A DNA stretch of 64,000 nucleotides from Octopus vulgaris (GCA_951406725.2 OX597819.1:110546001-110610000); one strand, 5' to 3'. Numbered from the stretch's first letter, positions 11,923 through 26,548 are shown. Notes: generated by a model from the letters alone, not told the origin. Numbers and translations are program-made.

Positions 11923-12952
11923 GTATGTATGTATGTATGTATGTATGTATGTATGTATGTATGTATGTATGTATGTATGTATGTATGTATGTATGTATAT
12001 ATGAATGAATGAATGAACGTATGTATATTCTATGACTTACATATCAAACCCAATGCTACTTCAGAGTCTGGAATCTTTACTGAACACGTTACAGGGTTGT
12101 ATAGCAGTGGTGGTGGTTGACATGCTCGCACTCACATATACATACTTACACATGTACTCACTCACGCACAGACACACACACAAGATACACACACACACAC
12201 ACGCACACATACATACATACATACATACATACATACATACATACATACATACATACATACATACATGCATGCATGCATACATACATACATACATATATAC
12301 ATACATACATACATACATACATGCATACATACATGCATAAAAGGAACGATAGAAAACCAGAAAGGAGAAAGTTAATTCGAAGACTACAAATCCAATCCAT
12401 CACTGGAACTGTAAAAATCTGCAAAACCTTCCAAAAGTTTAACGTTTAAATATATATGAGCATGTCTAGATATGTAACTATATGCATGAGGATACATAGA
12501 TAAATCAAAATATACAGATCGATCTGCATATATACATACATACAAACAAAAATACACTGTTGTTGATGTTGAAATTCCAATGAAGGAGGCTTAGATCTCG
12601 GTTAGAAACCGGCTCTTTCTCTATTGGCAAGAAATCTTGAAATAAATCTCAACAATGACATACATACATACACATTCACTCACACACATATGCACAAACA
12701 CACACACAAACGCACACGTACACACACACATATGTTTATATGGAAAAAGATTATCACAGTCCTAGTTATTTCTATGAAATTTATAATTTTGAATTAAAAA
12801 AAAAATCTTTTCCTAAATTATTGCACCTATATCAAGAAAGTTTTTTTCAACTTTGTATACATTGCACACCAATATACATTACATACATACACGCATACAC
12901 ATATATTTATGTATATGTATATAAATACACGTACATAATACATATATACATG

Positions 12953-12995
<43 letters not shown>

Positions 12996-13436
12996 TCAGT
13001 CATTTGACTGCGGCCATGCTGGAGCACCGCCTTAAGTCGAACAAATCGACCCCAGAACTTATTCTTTGTAAGCCTAGTACCTATTCTATCGGTCTCTTTT
13101 GCCGAACCACTAGGTTACGGGGACGTTACACCAGCATCGGTTATCAATCGATGGAGGTGGTGGTGGTGGGGAGACAAACACAGAACACAAACACACACAC
13201 GCTCACACACACAGACACAAAGACACAGACACACACACAGACACACGCACACACACATATATTTATACATATATACGACAGGCGTCTTTCAGTTTCCGTC
13301 TACCAAATCCACTCAAAAGGCTTCTGTCGGCTCGAGGCTGTAATACAAGCCACTTGCTCAAGATGCCACGCAATGGGACTGAACCCGGAACCATGTGGTT
13401 GGTAAGTAAGCAAGTTACTTACCACAAAGCCACTCC

Positions 13437-13439
<3 letters not shown>
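12996..13439 (-). mobile_element. SINE family B
   Basis: Full family B block order with an internal CA tract; head reverse complement ends gccactcctgc. Confidence 0.9.
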
Positions 13440-13479
<40 letters not shown>

Positions 13480-14234
13480 GCAGACATACACACATACACA
13501 CTATTACTCATTTCCTCAGACAATCACCACCAGGCACTATTTAGTCCACAGCGTCCACCTTCTAACCTCTTCTCACTCCATATAACAACCACCGGCCTTT
13601 TACAAATCTACTGCACTTTTGATATTTCACAGTTCCAGGGTTCTCATTATAATTGCTATTCTTGCTACGGTCGTTACTTTTCTTCTTCTTCTTCTTCTTC
13701 TTCTTCTTCTTCTTCTTCGTCTTCTTCTTCTTCTTCTTCTTCTTCTTCTTCTTCTTCTTCTTCTCTCTTCTTTTTTTCTTATTTTCCTTCGCATTATTCC
13801 CGTCTTCGTTTACTCCTCCCTCACCCGTTGCCTCCCTAGCAAGCGCACGCGTCATTCATTCGCTCTTAACCCTCTAGTCATGCTTTCCGTTTCTTCTGTT
13901 CCTTTTTGTGTATTTTTTTTTCACTGCTCCTCCCATCGTTCTTCGCAGCCGACGTTTAAGGTGGATGCCGAACGTTGGCCCAAATGAAGTCGGGGTGGAT
14001 AAAGGATGGGAGAGGGGCGGGCGAAAAAAAAAAGAGAGAGAGAGAGAGAGAGGAGTAAATAATAATTACAATAGATTTCAGCTTTAATCAGAAATTAATA
14101 GCTGTATGAATAAATAAATATAGAAATATACGTACACACGGAAACACTAAGTACGCAACGCGCGGCTGCATACATACGTACACACAAACGAACATACGCA
14201 TGTACGTGCTCTCGCACACAGGTGCGTGTATGCA

Positions 14235-14283
<49 letters not shown>

Positions 14284-14393
14284 GTATATATTTATTTATT
14301 TATTTATATATACATGTATATATATATATACACGTAATCTACCTACCTACCTACCTATCTATCTATCTATCTATCTATCTATCCATCTATCTA

Positions 14394-14431
<38 letters not shown>

Positions 14432-14625
14432 AGTCTGTCTCTTTATCCGTCTGTCTGTCCGTCCGTCCGTCCGTCTGTGTGTCTATAAACGTATCTATCT
14501 ATATTCGTTATATTTTTCAAACTGTAAAGATAAAAAAACACAGTAGTTATTCTGCCGTTCTAGTTTCGTGTTTAGTGTCATTCTTTTTTGAGATTCGAAA
14601 ATATAATATAATACAATATTATATA

Positions 14626-14664
<39 letters not shown>

Positions 14665-14739
14665 CAGTTTGTTCGTATGTGTGTATGTGTATGTAGGTAT
14701 GTATGTATGCATATGTATATGTATATATGTATGTGCACG

Positions 14740-14925
14740 CAATTTTTTTTCTTTCCTTGTTTCTCTCCGTGTTTCTTTTCTGTGTATCTTTCTGTTGAAG
14801 AGCGTAGGCTCGAAACGTAAAAGACTTGTTTTATTTATATTCCTGAGCGCCATACTAATACAATTGTTTGTTTGTATTCCACCTGCCTTCGTCTTTTGTT
14901 TATTTTCATAAAGCTTCCCCCCCCC
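14740..14925 (+). mobile_element. ~185-bp hammerhead-containing element between microsatellites
   Basis: Homologous to the reverse complement of 11745-11922. Confidence 0.7.
14787..14824 (+). ncRNA. Minimal type I hammerhead ribozyme motif (A6U variant, GUA triplet)
   Basis: TCTTT-CTGTTGA-A-GAGC(GTAG)GCTC-GAAAC-GTA-AAAGA: perfect 5-bp stem I and 4-bp stem II. Confidence 0.75.
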
Positions 14926-15437
14926 CTATATATATATCTGTACATATTAATATATGCACGAATATAGGTATGTAAATAGAGGTTATAGAGCCTTGCTTCG
15001 GTTGAGAGCAAATAATATAAATTTTGTCCTATTGTGTGTGTATGTGTGTGTGAATATGTGCGAGTACGCATGTGTGTGAATATACATGATCTTTGACAAT
15101 AATGCTCAAAGCTTTTTTGATGATTTTGTATTTTGCCAGCGATCTCTGTACTGATTTTCCTAATTCCTTAAACTTTCAAAATATTTTTATCGTTTAGGAT
15201 TTGAAGCTTGAAAAGCTGCCAATAGAAACTCGAAATTCAAGACAGCAGCGCAAGCAAAATGAAAACAGAGTTTATCACTTTCGTAGTTTAAAGTATCTTG
15301 TACGTGAATCTTTCCCTTTTCAGCATCCGGCACTTCTACAGGGTAACTACAGGATGAAAAGCAAAGTCGACCTCGGCGGAATTTGAACTCAGAACGTAGC
15401 GGCAGACGAAATACTTATAAATTATTTATTAATTGTT

Positions 15438-16037
15438 AGGGCGGCGAGCTGGCAGAATCCTTAGCACACCGGGCGAAATGCTTTGCGATATTTCGTCTGC
15501 CGCTACGTTCTGAGTTCAAATTCCGCCGAGGTAGACTTTGCCTTTCATCCTTTCGGAGTCGATTAAATAACTACTAGTTACGCACTGGGGACTATATAAT
15601 CGACTTAATCCGTTTTCTGTCCTTGTTCGTCCCCTCTGTGTTTAGCCGCTTGTGGGTAGTAAAGAAATAGGTATTTCGTCCGCCGTTACGTTCTGAGTTC
15701 AAATTCCGCCGAGGTCGACTTTGCCTTTCATCCTTTCGGGGTCGATAAGTTAAGTACCAGTTACGCACTGGGGTTGATAAAATCGACTTAATACATTGTC
15801 TGTCCTTGTTTGTCCCCTCTGTGTTTAGCCGCTTGTGGGTAGTAAAGAAATAGGTATTTCGTCCGCCGTTACGTTCTGAGTTTAAATTCCGCCGAGGTCG
15901 ACTTTGCCTTTCATCCTTTCGGGGTCGATAAGTTAAGTACCAGTTACGCACTGGGGTTGATAAAATCGACTTAATACATTGTCTGTCCTTGTTTGTCCCC
16001 TCTGTGTTTAGCCCCTTGTGGGTAGTAAAGAAATAAG
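15438..16037 (+). mobile_element. SINE family A with three tandem 183-bp body units
   Basis: Head ggcggcgagctggcagaatc; units restart at tatttcgtc at 15489, 15672 and 15855. Confidence 0.9.
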
Positions 16038-16094
16038 TTATTTTTACAGAAAATGGACATGAGAGGAAAGCTTTTAATATAAGGTTTTATTTAA

Positions 16095-16480
16095 AATTCG
16101 ATATGGGCTCCAGATGTCGCCACCAGACCTTTGAGCCGCCCAGGAACTGCGTCAACTGATTTCACCAGGAACACTTGTGGGATGGAAGACATAACCTCTC
16201 GTATTCTCCCTTCAAGTTCTCCCCAAGTCTTTGGATTGTTTCAGTTGATTTATTCCTTTAATCAACCCCCAAAGAAAGAATTTACGGGGTGTCAAGTCGT
16301 TACTCTTGGCTGGCTACTCATGCGGACCACGACGACCCATCCCATCTCCCGGAGAAGTGGGTATTCAGTCAATCACAAACGACAAGAGCAATGCGATTAC
16401 AGATTAAATTCTCATACTTTGAGGAAAAAATTACAATTGATAAATAATTCATAATTGATAAATAATTTATAATTTATAAA
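16095..16480 (-). pseudogene. Tc1/mariner-type transposase C-terminal remnant
   Basis: Minus strand with stops and frameshifts reads RW.GRRGPHE*PAKSNDLTP...PKTWGELEGRIREVMSSIPQVFLVKSVDAVPGRL...GAHIEF*, matching the RWIGRxGPxxWPxRSPDLTP family pattern. Confidence 0.8.
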
Positions 16481-17059
16481 AGTTACTTTGCAATCGTCCT
16501 GTTGTATATCGCCAGATCAAGAAACGAATCGTGCTTGGGCTGATAAACTTTTACATGCATTTATTATGATTCGATGCTTTCTTTATATGCTTTTGTCTCT
16601 TTCTTTCTCTAATAAAACATTTCGTATAATATACTGTAATGTAATATAAATAAATTATAAATAGGCGCTAATGTTCTCTATTCGCTACAGTGAAGAGATC
16701 TAATTAGATCGAAATAGAAGCTGTATACAAATATAAAGATTTCTATTGTTCGAACAGAAGAAAAAGAAAGAAATGTTATTTTAATTAAGCAAATGTGTAA
16801 AGGTAGATATTTTATTCCTTTCACTTCTCTAACGAAAATAAAAAGCAATAGATAAATAAAGAATTCCATGCAAACAGGCTGTCTGCGTGTCTTTCTGTCA
16901 CTGTTTCTGTCTATCTGTCAGTCCCTCTCACTCTCTCTCTCACTCTCTCTCTTTCTCTCTGTCTGTCTCTGTCAGTCTGTCTCTCTTTCTCTCTCTCTCC
17001 TCCTCTGTCTGTCTGTGTCTGTTTCTCCTTCATGGTACTGGCAAAAAGCTTACATTACT

Positions 17060-17476
17060 CTTTACTCTTTTACTCTTTTACATGTTTCAGTCATTTGACT
17101 GCGGTCATGCAGGAGCCCCGCCTTTAGTCGAGCAAATCGACCCCAGGAATTATTCTTTGTAAGCCTAGTACTTATCCTATCGGTCTCTTTTGCCCAATCG
17201 CTAAGTGACGGAGACGTAAACACACCAGCATCGGTTGTCAAGCGATGTTGGTGGAGGGGGGGGGGAAACAGACACACAAACACATACACATATATATACA
17301 TATACATATATACGACGGGCTTCTTTCAGTTTCCGTCTACCAAATCCACTCACAAGGCTTTGGTTAGCTCGAGGCTATAGTAGAAGTCACTTGCCCAAGG
17401 TGCCTCGCAGCGGGACTGAACCCGGAACCATGTGGTTGGTAAGCAAGCTACTAACCACACAGTCACTCCTGCGCCA
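17060..17476 (-). mobile_element. SINE family B, near full length
   Basis: Complete block order; reverse complement starts ggcgcaggagtgactgtgtgg with B-box GGTTCAGTCCC. Confidence 0.9.
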
Positions 17477-17834
17477 TTACGGCATTCTTTTTTCGATGTC
17501 ATTTCCAGGAAGAGCGCAAGCACAAAGTCTTTTTGGATTAATAATATCGGGGAAGTTAAATAAAAAGACAAGAAAACAAACACATTTTGACAATACTAAA
17601 AGTCCTCAACAAATATTTCAGCTGTCTTCTTACTTCTTTAAATTAATCCTAAACGTGAGGGGACGCGATTCAATGCACTACGTTACCAGTACATTCAGAC
17701 GAAAAAATATATGAAAAAAAGAAAGAGAAAAAATACACATACATTTGGATGCCCACGTTTATACACAGAGCACAAAAGCATGTTAGCAATATATATTAGG
17801 CAGAATATTTTAAAATTAAAATAAAATAATAATA

Positions 17835-18147
17835 GTCCTTTTTATTAAAGGCACAAACCTCAGATTTAGTGGGAGAGGACTAGTCGATTTCATCGAGCCC
17901 AGTGTTTCACTGGAACTTGATTTATCGATCCCGAAAGGATGTAAGGCAAAGTTGACCTCGGTGGAATTTGAACTCAGAACATAAAGACAGACGAAATACC
18001 TATTTCTTTACTACTCACAAGGGGCTAAACACAGAGAGGACAAACAAAGACAGACAGACGGATTAAGTCGATTATATCGACACCAGTGTGTAACTGGTAC
18101 TTATTTAAATCGACCCCGAAAGGATGAAAGGCAAAGTCGACCTCGGT
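17835..18147 (-). mobile_element. SINE family A, 5'-truncated with duplicated body
   Basis: Two copies of ccgaaaggatg.aaggcaaagt.gacctcgg about 185 bp apart. Confidence 0.85.
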
Positions 18148-18332
18148 AACAATACGGAGTTACAACCTTTTTACTTGTGCAATTTATATATTTTTTCTGT
18201 GTTAATTGTTAACAAGGTAGAAATACACTGCTTGGCAACCGGTGCTGGTGTGTCTACGTCCCTGTAACTTAACGAATCAGAAACTGAGGTAGCTCCTCAT
18301 ACACCTCATAAATATATCAGTACACACACACA

Positions 18333-18448
<116 letters not shown>

Positions 18449-18834
18449 TCTCATAACATAGCAGTTTTGCAAAATAAACCTTTAGTATAAGAATCCAAAG
18501 ATACCAATGCAGTAAATAGTTATTATTTCACAGCAGCAAGAAAAAAAAATACATGCACACTCATTTACATCCATATGTATACATACATTCCGATGTCTCT
18601 ACGTACGTGTATATGTATGCAGTATAGTGCCAGTTTTGTTTACATGAACGTTCAGGCAATAATGAGGAATTATTTTAAGCAGCATTTACACGAAAATGAA
18701 AAACAAAAGCATTAACAATATTGTAGAGTACAAACAGCTGCCATTCGCGAGCGAGCGATGGTTGTTTGTAGCTAGGACAAGCAATCGCTAATTTAAATGC
18801 TTCCAAGCAGAGATGTAGACATCCTCTCGGTTTC

Positions 18835-19505
18835 TATTACATTTGAACTAGTGAAACATCCATGTTGTGATAGCTGGAATGTGAGAGGCTTGCTTACACT
18901 AGTAACCTGTTGATGCTCCTTGCGGCTGAGTTGATTGGCACAACATGAAATGAATTATCTTGCTCAAGGTAATGTGAAAGTAATTCTCTTGCTCAAGGTC
19001 ACGTGAAAGTAATTCTTTTGCTCAGGGTCACTGGAATTGGCCTTACAGCCTTATGGTTTGACGTCATTTCGTCCGAGGGAACACTTTATTGACATACGAT
19101 ATTCACCAACTCATTGTTGTAGATTTACTCTTTTCGTCTTAGCATGCTTACTGTGGTACAAACGGTTCATTTAGCATTATGGACACTTGAAGTTACAGAT
19201 CGCCATTTTGCACTTCGGTTTGGAATTGTTTCAATGTTTTCGTTTGTTAATAAAGTTATTATCTGGGCACAATATCATTATCCATCTTACGTTATAATAT
19301 TCTCAGCCCCATTACCTTTGAACTAGTGAAACATCTATGTTGTGACAGCGGAAAGGTATGCGGCTTACACAAATAATCTGGATGCTCCTTGCATCTGGAG
19401 TAGATTGGAGCAACGTGAAATAAATTCTCTTGTTCAAGGTCACAATGCACCACTGGAACTGATCTAACAGCCTAATGGTCTTGAACCCCAAACCCTAATC
19501 TCCAA
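18835..19505 (-). mobile_element. Two degraded tandem SINE copies (family D); the first has a ~30-bp triplication
   Basis: tttgaactagtgaaacatc.atgttgtga at about 18842 and 19317; tgaaagtaattctcttgctcaaggt-like unit three times at 18945-19030. Confidence 0.6.
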
Positions 19506-20763
19506 TCGAGCCGACTTCGGATAAAAATCTCAAATAATTACTGGGGTCGATGAAATCGACTTATCCCTTCCCTTGAAATGCTAGCTTTGTACTAAAATTA
19601 GAAATCAATATTGAATAATTAGATATGTCGCTTTAGAGAGGGAGAATTTGGGGTGTATTTGATCACAGAACTGCTGGATTAGTGCTGATTTAGGATTATG
19701 CACTGAATATAACAATAGAAGGCTACTATCAGGTCTCAACTTTATAACTGCACCTGCTAGAGATAACAGTTAAATCGTTCCCCCTCGTTAAGCTCTCCCG
19801 CCTCAAAATCGGAAGAGCTTCCTGTCTGGAGACGACAGGGTTTAACAGGGGCAAGATTTAACTGTTGTTTCTAACGAAGCGAAGAAACACTGTAGAGGTT
19901 TCATTAAATAGTGTCGTGGTTAGATAAATTTTTTAAAAAGTAGTCGGAGCAGGTCAAATATCGATCATCATTGATCGTATATCTCGCTGTTTGAAACTGC
20001 CCTGGAGCTATAGAAAAACAATGGCGACAATGAAAAAACAACAATAATAGTAACAACAACAAAAATAAGGACAATGACAACCAGTGTGATGTTAATATCA
20101 ACCGTAATGAAAGAGTTATCGAAGTAGGGAATACATAAATAGTTATGACTTTCAACACAAGGTATCGAAACCACATCAGCGATTTTGTTCAGCCGAAGAT
20201 TACTTTCTACTCGTCAACAAATCAATAGTAGAACTATAATGATAAATATAGAACTTCTAACGACAGCATCAGCAAGTACAACAACTAAAATAACGCAACA
20301 ACAAAAGCAAAAACAATAACACCTGTGACACTGGTAACATTAATACACATAATGTTGCAAAAAAGCAAAAGCTAACACCAACACCATCTCAACAACAACA
20401 ATACATTACCCATAACACAAACAGCGATAATAAAAAATAAATTTTACATATACCATAACAACTACAGCGGCAACATCAACAAGAAGAATGCCAAATGAAC
20501 CCCACCTCTACACAGAAAAAAAAAGGTAGAAATAATCTATCGCCAACAAATACAAACAACAATATCTAGCAGTAGATATACTTATTAGTGAGGACTTATT
20601 AACAACCATTTCCTTCGTTAGACAAAGTTTACATAAAAAATGGCCTAAAAGCTGTGCACATTTCCCGCACGGAAATACAACTCGTCATTTGATTAAAAAC
20701 TCAAGATCATTTCCTATACATGTAAGCACCAAGAAGCGTTGTGCTTATGTGTGTATGTATTTA

Positions 20764-20809
<46 letters not shown>

Positions 20810-20922
20810 TACGTGCACGTGTGTGTGTCTGTTTGCACGCACTCATGTGTTTGCATGCATAATACATATACACACATATGTATATAAGCACACAGACATA
20901 TATATGTATATATTTATATCTA

Positions 20923-20997
<75 letters not shown>

Positions 20998-21141
20998 ATA
21001 TATATATGTATATACATACACACACACACATAGGCTTACATACACACCATCACATACACACTCATACTCATAAACGTAAAGGTATACAAAATAAAGTCAC
21101 GTATATACATGCATGTATGTATGTATATGTGTTTATGTGTG

Positions 21142-21187
<46 letters not shown>

Positions 21188-21441
21188 CATATAGGTATAT
21201 AGATATATGTATATATGTATAAATATGGATATTTATGTATATATATATATGTATTTACACACACACACACGTATATTATATATGTACATACATACATACA
21301 TATATACATAAACACACAATTGTCTGTGTGAATGCATACATTCATGCACATTTACAAGCATACCTTCTTCATACATACACACACATACATACATACATAC
21401 ATACATGCATACATACATACATACATACATACATACATACA

Positions 21442-21475
<34 letters not shown>

Positions 21476-22013
21476 AACATATAATATTCTTTATTTCACA
21501 CCCAAGTCTAGAACCCCCCCGCCTAACGCCTGAAGCTAGAAGCCAGAAACCAGAAGTGGTAGTCAAAATGGCGAATATTTGTAATGAGTGAGATAACGGT
21601 AGCAAAAATACAAAACAAAAGATAAAAAAAGAAACAGTAAATAAACAAATTGAAACATTGACATACAAAAAAAAAAAATTAAAAGTAAAAAATATGTCGG
21701 CAACAACAGCATAGCAAAGGTGTTACAAAAAACCATAAAAAGACGAACTAGTGATAAATATATTTAAGCGGAAGTTGTGTAGATGATTTAATGTTGTCGT
21801 AAATAACAAATTACTACCAACCTCACATCAAATCATGTTTTATACGAGACTTAAACATTATTATTGTTGCATTTGTTGATAATTTCTATTCAATTATATA
21901 CATTTTTTGCAGCGAAAACTACGTGTGTTTTTCTTTTTTACTTGCCATTAGCCATTTCGGTAATTTTTTTGTTGTTTATTTTTTGCTTTAAACATTTGCT
22001 TTCGTGAGACACT

Positions 22014-22271
<258 letters not shown>

Positions 22272-22593
22272 GTCTGTCTGTCATTCTATCTATATATAAA
22301 ATTTTCTTCCTCATCTTTCTTTTCACCACAGTCTCTGTCTCCTTCAAACTCTCCTCTCTTTCTCCTATTCACTTCCTCTTCTTTTCCTTCTCTCTCCCTC
22401 TCCCTCTCCCCCTCTCTCTCCCTCTCTCTCTCTCTATATATATATATTAATATTTATGTGTATATACATATGCATATATTTATGTATGTGTTTATGTGTG
22501 TGTGTGTTTGTGTGTGTGTGTGCATACGCGCGCACCATTCCTCAACGAATCTTCCGAGTTTTATTACCTATTACCTTTTATTTTTACATTACG

Positions 22594-22646
<53 letters not shown>

Positions 22647-22769
22647 GGTTGACGTCGTCGTTTATTATCTGAAAACTGTCAATAACGTATGACGATCGTT
22701 TTGAAGAGAGAATGATTTTATTTTTATTAGTTTGGACTGAAGGAAGAACGGGTTGGGTTATGTCCATAA

Positions 22770-23760
22770 CCTTCTTCGCGGACCCTCTAAGACCAATGAA
22801 ATTTGATTGGTGTTAATTTTCCGCTCAAACTGTTGCATGTGGACAGCTGCAAAACAGAAATGTGCTGGTAGAGAATTCCGAAGACAAGGTATTCTGCAGG
22901 GAAAAGAATGGCGGAATGGTTAATGTCTGGAGTGTGAATAAGCTGGAGTCTGTATAGGTAAGGAGAAGAAGAAAGAATAGTGAAACGGAAGTGTCTGCGT
23001 TGGGGTTTAAATAAGACCAGTTTGCTTCGATATAGGTCACTGTTGTATTGATAGAAAAGGTAGATTAATGCACGTGGCTTAATGGTTAGGGTATTCGGCT
23101 CACGATCGTAAAGTCATGGGTTCGATTCCTAGCAGTGCGTTGTGTGTTTGAGCAAGGTACTTTATTTCTTGTCGCTGCAGACCATTCAGCTGGCAAAAAT
23201 GAGTTGTACGTGCAGTTCAACAGACCAGCCTCGTCACATTCGGTGTATGACACTGAATCTCCCCGAGGAATACGAAACGGGTACAGGTGTCTGTGGAGTA
23301 CTCAGCCACTTGCACGTTTATTTCACGAGTAGGCTATTCCGTTGATCGTATCAACGGGAACACTCATCGTCGTAGCCGACGGAGTTCCAGACAAGAAATG
23401 TAGAGATAGGACCATCACATTTTTATGGGACCAGAGATTGTTTTAAGAACGGCTTCATGCGAATGGTTATACTTTAGATGCAGTATATTAAGTTTGTATG
23501 GGTTGCAGCAGTTCTGTACCAGATGAAGGAGGAGTACACCAGCGTGGGTCTTACAGAGGCCTTGTAGCGGGTCAGTGTATGTTGGATGAAGTAGCTTCTT
23601 GCTCTGAATAGGAAGGCCAGATGACGTGATGTAGTCTTTGTTAGAGATATGTGTTCGGCAGGCGAGAAACTCACTGATTGTAAGGTTCTCGTATTTGAAG
23701 CGATAACGAGGTGTCTACTTATGTGTTGTTCATCTAAGGTGAGGAGAAATGCAATAACGT
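22770..23760 (-). pseudogene. Degraded CR1/Jockey-group LINE 3' remnant interrupted by a SINE
   Basis: LAFLFRARSYF...YKASVRPTLVYSSFIW (compare YKxxVRPxLEY) and RNSLPAHF...FERKIN (compare WNSLP...FKxxIN). Confidence 0.7.
23068..23392 (+). mobile_element. tRNA-derived SINE family D
   Basis: A-box TGGCTTAATGG and B-box GGTTCGATTCC, followed by ttgagcaag..actttatttc; related heads at 23778 and 62836. Confidence 0.8.
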
Positions 23761-23855
23761 TCTCTCCATATGTGTAGTGAAGGCGCGTGGCCTAGAAGCG
23801 AGGGTCATGCTCCCAAGATCACAAGATCGTGTTTCGTTTCCTGAATCGGTTAGAG

Positions 23856-24099
23856 CTGTGGTTCTCAACAATTTGAACTGCAGATCACTTTGATTCTTAT
23901 TTTACTAGGATTGACCTTGATGGCTATTTGCTATTTAAAAGATCCTATAATGTTTTGATAATTAAATAATATTCGGAATCGCGTAAAAAATAGTTAAAAT
24001 AATTTGTGTATTGTAACTAATTTATTGCACGTAAACTTTAACATCAAAATCTTATATAAAAAAACCAATGGTCATACGGACCCCTGTTGAGACCCCCTG
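23856..24099. mobile_element. hAT (Charlie-like) MITE nested in a family D SINE
   Basis: Termini CTGTGGTTCTCAAC and GTTGAGACCCCCTG; 8-bp flanks ggttagag/gcttagag. Confidence 0.7.
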
Positions 24100-26517
24100 G
24101 CTTAGAGCGTTGTGTTACTCTCAACTCATCTGTAAATTAATAACCCTGCAACGCACTAGCATCCTGTACAAGGGCAATGTAAACCAAACAGCCAAATCTA
24201 TAAGTCTCGAGACAGAAATGGCAATGGTTGATGAGGGTGATGATATGCTCATTAATTGTGCGCTTCTGTGAAATGATAGAGGATTGACACGATTCCGTAT
24301 CAGAGATGTTTTCCAGTCAGTGAAGATGCAAGTTTAGCTATTTGTGCAGGTGACATACATGAATAGATTGTGGTGTGCCTGCCTGAATGGAAGAGGATAG
24401 CTGTGGAGAAGAGTTTTTGAGTTAGTGCAATGTAGATAATCCACATTGGTGGATGAGGTAGTCTCTTCAAACATCTCTTCACATACATACAGGCACACAC
24501 AGACACTCACACACACTCACACACACATGCGTGCACACACACATGCGTGCACACACACATACAAACACATGTATGTATCATTCAACGACGGTAGTAGTTA
24601 AATAATATTCTTAAAGCCGCAGTTTACTCACATGCGGCATCTTTCAGAGCTTGTCGCTAATTCAGTTCCTAATCAAATTAAAAATTGTTAACATTTTCAA
24701 AGAGGACTAGTCCCTAGCTACATTTTGGCATAAAAAAATTGAGATTTGGTCCGGTTGATAAAAGTTTACATAAAAATTTGTACCATCGTTACTAACGCCT
24801 CCAATCAAGTTTAGATCTAAATAACTTTTTTATTTTAAAAGCAAAAAATATTTATCTTAGCTTCAGTGATAGAAGAAAGCATGAGGTATTTCATAGTTTT
24901 GATCCCATTCAACAAAAGTTTGTATAAAATATTTGTAAGGTAAAATATCACGAAAAAGAGTATAAGACAAAAACTGGATTTAAGTACAATTAATTTTAAA
25001 AGTAAACTATATTTTAATTAAGCTTAAATGATAGAGCTCAATTCGAGGAATTTCATGGTACCAATCCTATGCAACGCAGTTTTAAAAGAAAAAAAGTTAT
25101 GAGTGTTCGTTTCTCAAATTTGAGTGTGATAATATAGTTCTATAGGGGGGACCTATATATCTCACCGACATCATTGAAGTAAGGAAAAAATTATCAATGA
25201 CACCGTTGATTTCTCGACCCTGAAAGAATGAAAGGCAAGGTTGAACTCAGCGAAATTTGAACTCAGAACATAAAGTGTCGGAATATTAATAGCTTCTAAT
25301 TGAAGCGATAGCCCACCAATTATGAAGGGAAGAGAGGGGCGGGGGTTTAGTCAGTCACGACGATGCCATTATTTGACTGGTGCTTTATTTTATCAACCCT
25401 AGAGAGGAGAAAGGCAAGGTTGACTTCTGCAGAATTCGAACTCAGAGCACAAAGAGTTGAAGTAAATACGATTGGGTATTCTATTCAATACCTTATTGAT
25501 TCTTCTTGGACGGTAATGGACAGTGTAATTGCATTTTATAAGGAAACGAAAACCAAACTGAAACCACAGAGAAGATGATTTAAATATTCGATCTGAAACG
25601 ATAAACAAACAAGATGAGTTAATTTTATGATGAGAAATTTAAGAGTTAACTGACTAAAGTATGTACACCTTGTTTTCTCCTGTTCAATAACAATCAAAAG
25701 GAATACTCGCATTTATTAGGTTTATTCTGAAAGACATTTATGAATATTTACTATTAAGAGTGTGTTTCATTGTATCAAAGCTCTTGTTATTCGTTTCCTA
25801 CGTTCTAATTAACTGAGCCGGTCTCATATTGTGCGTTGTTTTGAAGTAGTTGCATTGAAATACACAAACACATTATAACAGCAAGCAACGTTGATCACTT
25901 GAAATAGAGAAAAGTATTGTTTAGTTCAATAAATATGGCGTTTACTGATGACGTAATTATCGTCTGCTCCAGTGAAATTGTTGCATAGCAGATACTTCTA
26001 AAGAAAAACAATTGGTGTGTATGGAATTGTGTGATAGGGTGTATATAACACAGAGGGGGAAGGGAAAAAGAGAAGCAGAGAAAGAAAAAGAAATGAATGC
26101 GAGAGAGGCAAGATTCATACTGAAAAGCATAGAGAAAAGCGACAGTGAAGAAGGAGAGAGAGGTTGATATAAAGGTACACACATCGTCACTATAATGGTG
26201 TAAAAAGAGAAAATTAGGATAAATATACATTTAGCTGATGTTAGCTTGCAAGCTTGCGATACATAAAGCTTTCAAGATGCGTAACTAGATTAATACAAAC
26301 AGACATAAATGATAAATATATAATCTGAAAGCTAGAGAAATAGGCTTTCATGTATGTATGTATGTATGTATGTATGTATGTATGTATGTATGTATGTATG
26401 TATGTACGCACACATACACATGTACACATAACCACATAGGTATAAATATTCGGACTTATATACATATGTATGTGTATGTAGGAATACACCATCTCTCTCT
26501 CTCCCTATCTCTCTCTT

Positions 26518-26548
<31 letters not shown>

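Noticed and set aside
15207-15255. CTTGAAAA-gctgc...gcagc-GCAA hammerhead-variant-like layout
   Set aside because: Both core segments deviate from consensus and stems I and III are absent.
23068-23132. tRNA-like sequence with A and B boxes
   Set aside because: It continues into a repeated SINE body and has no proper acceptor stem, so it is a SINE head and not a tRNA gene; the same applies to the family A and B heads.
25945-25992. CTGATGA...GAAAT...ATA
   Set aside because: Stem I does not pair and stem II does not close next to GAAA; chance occurrence is likely.
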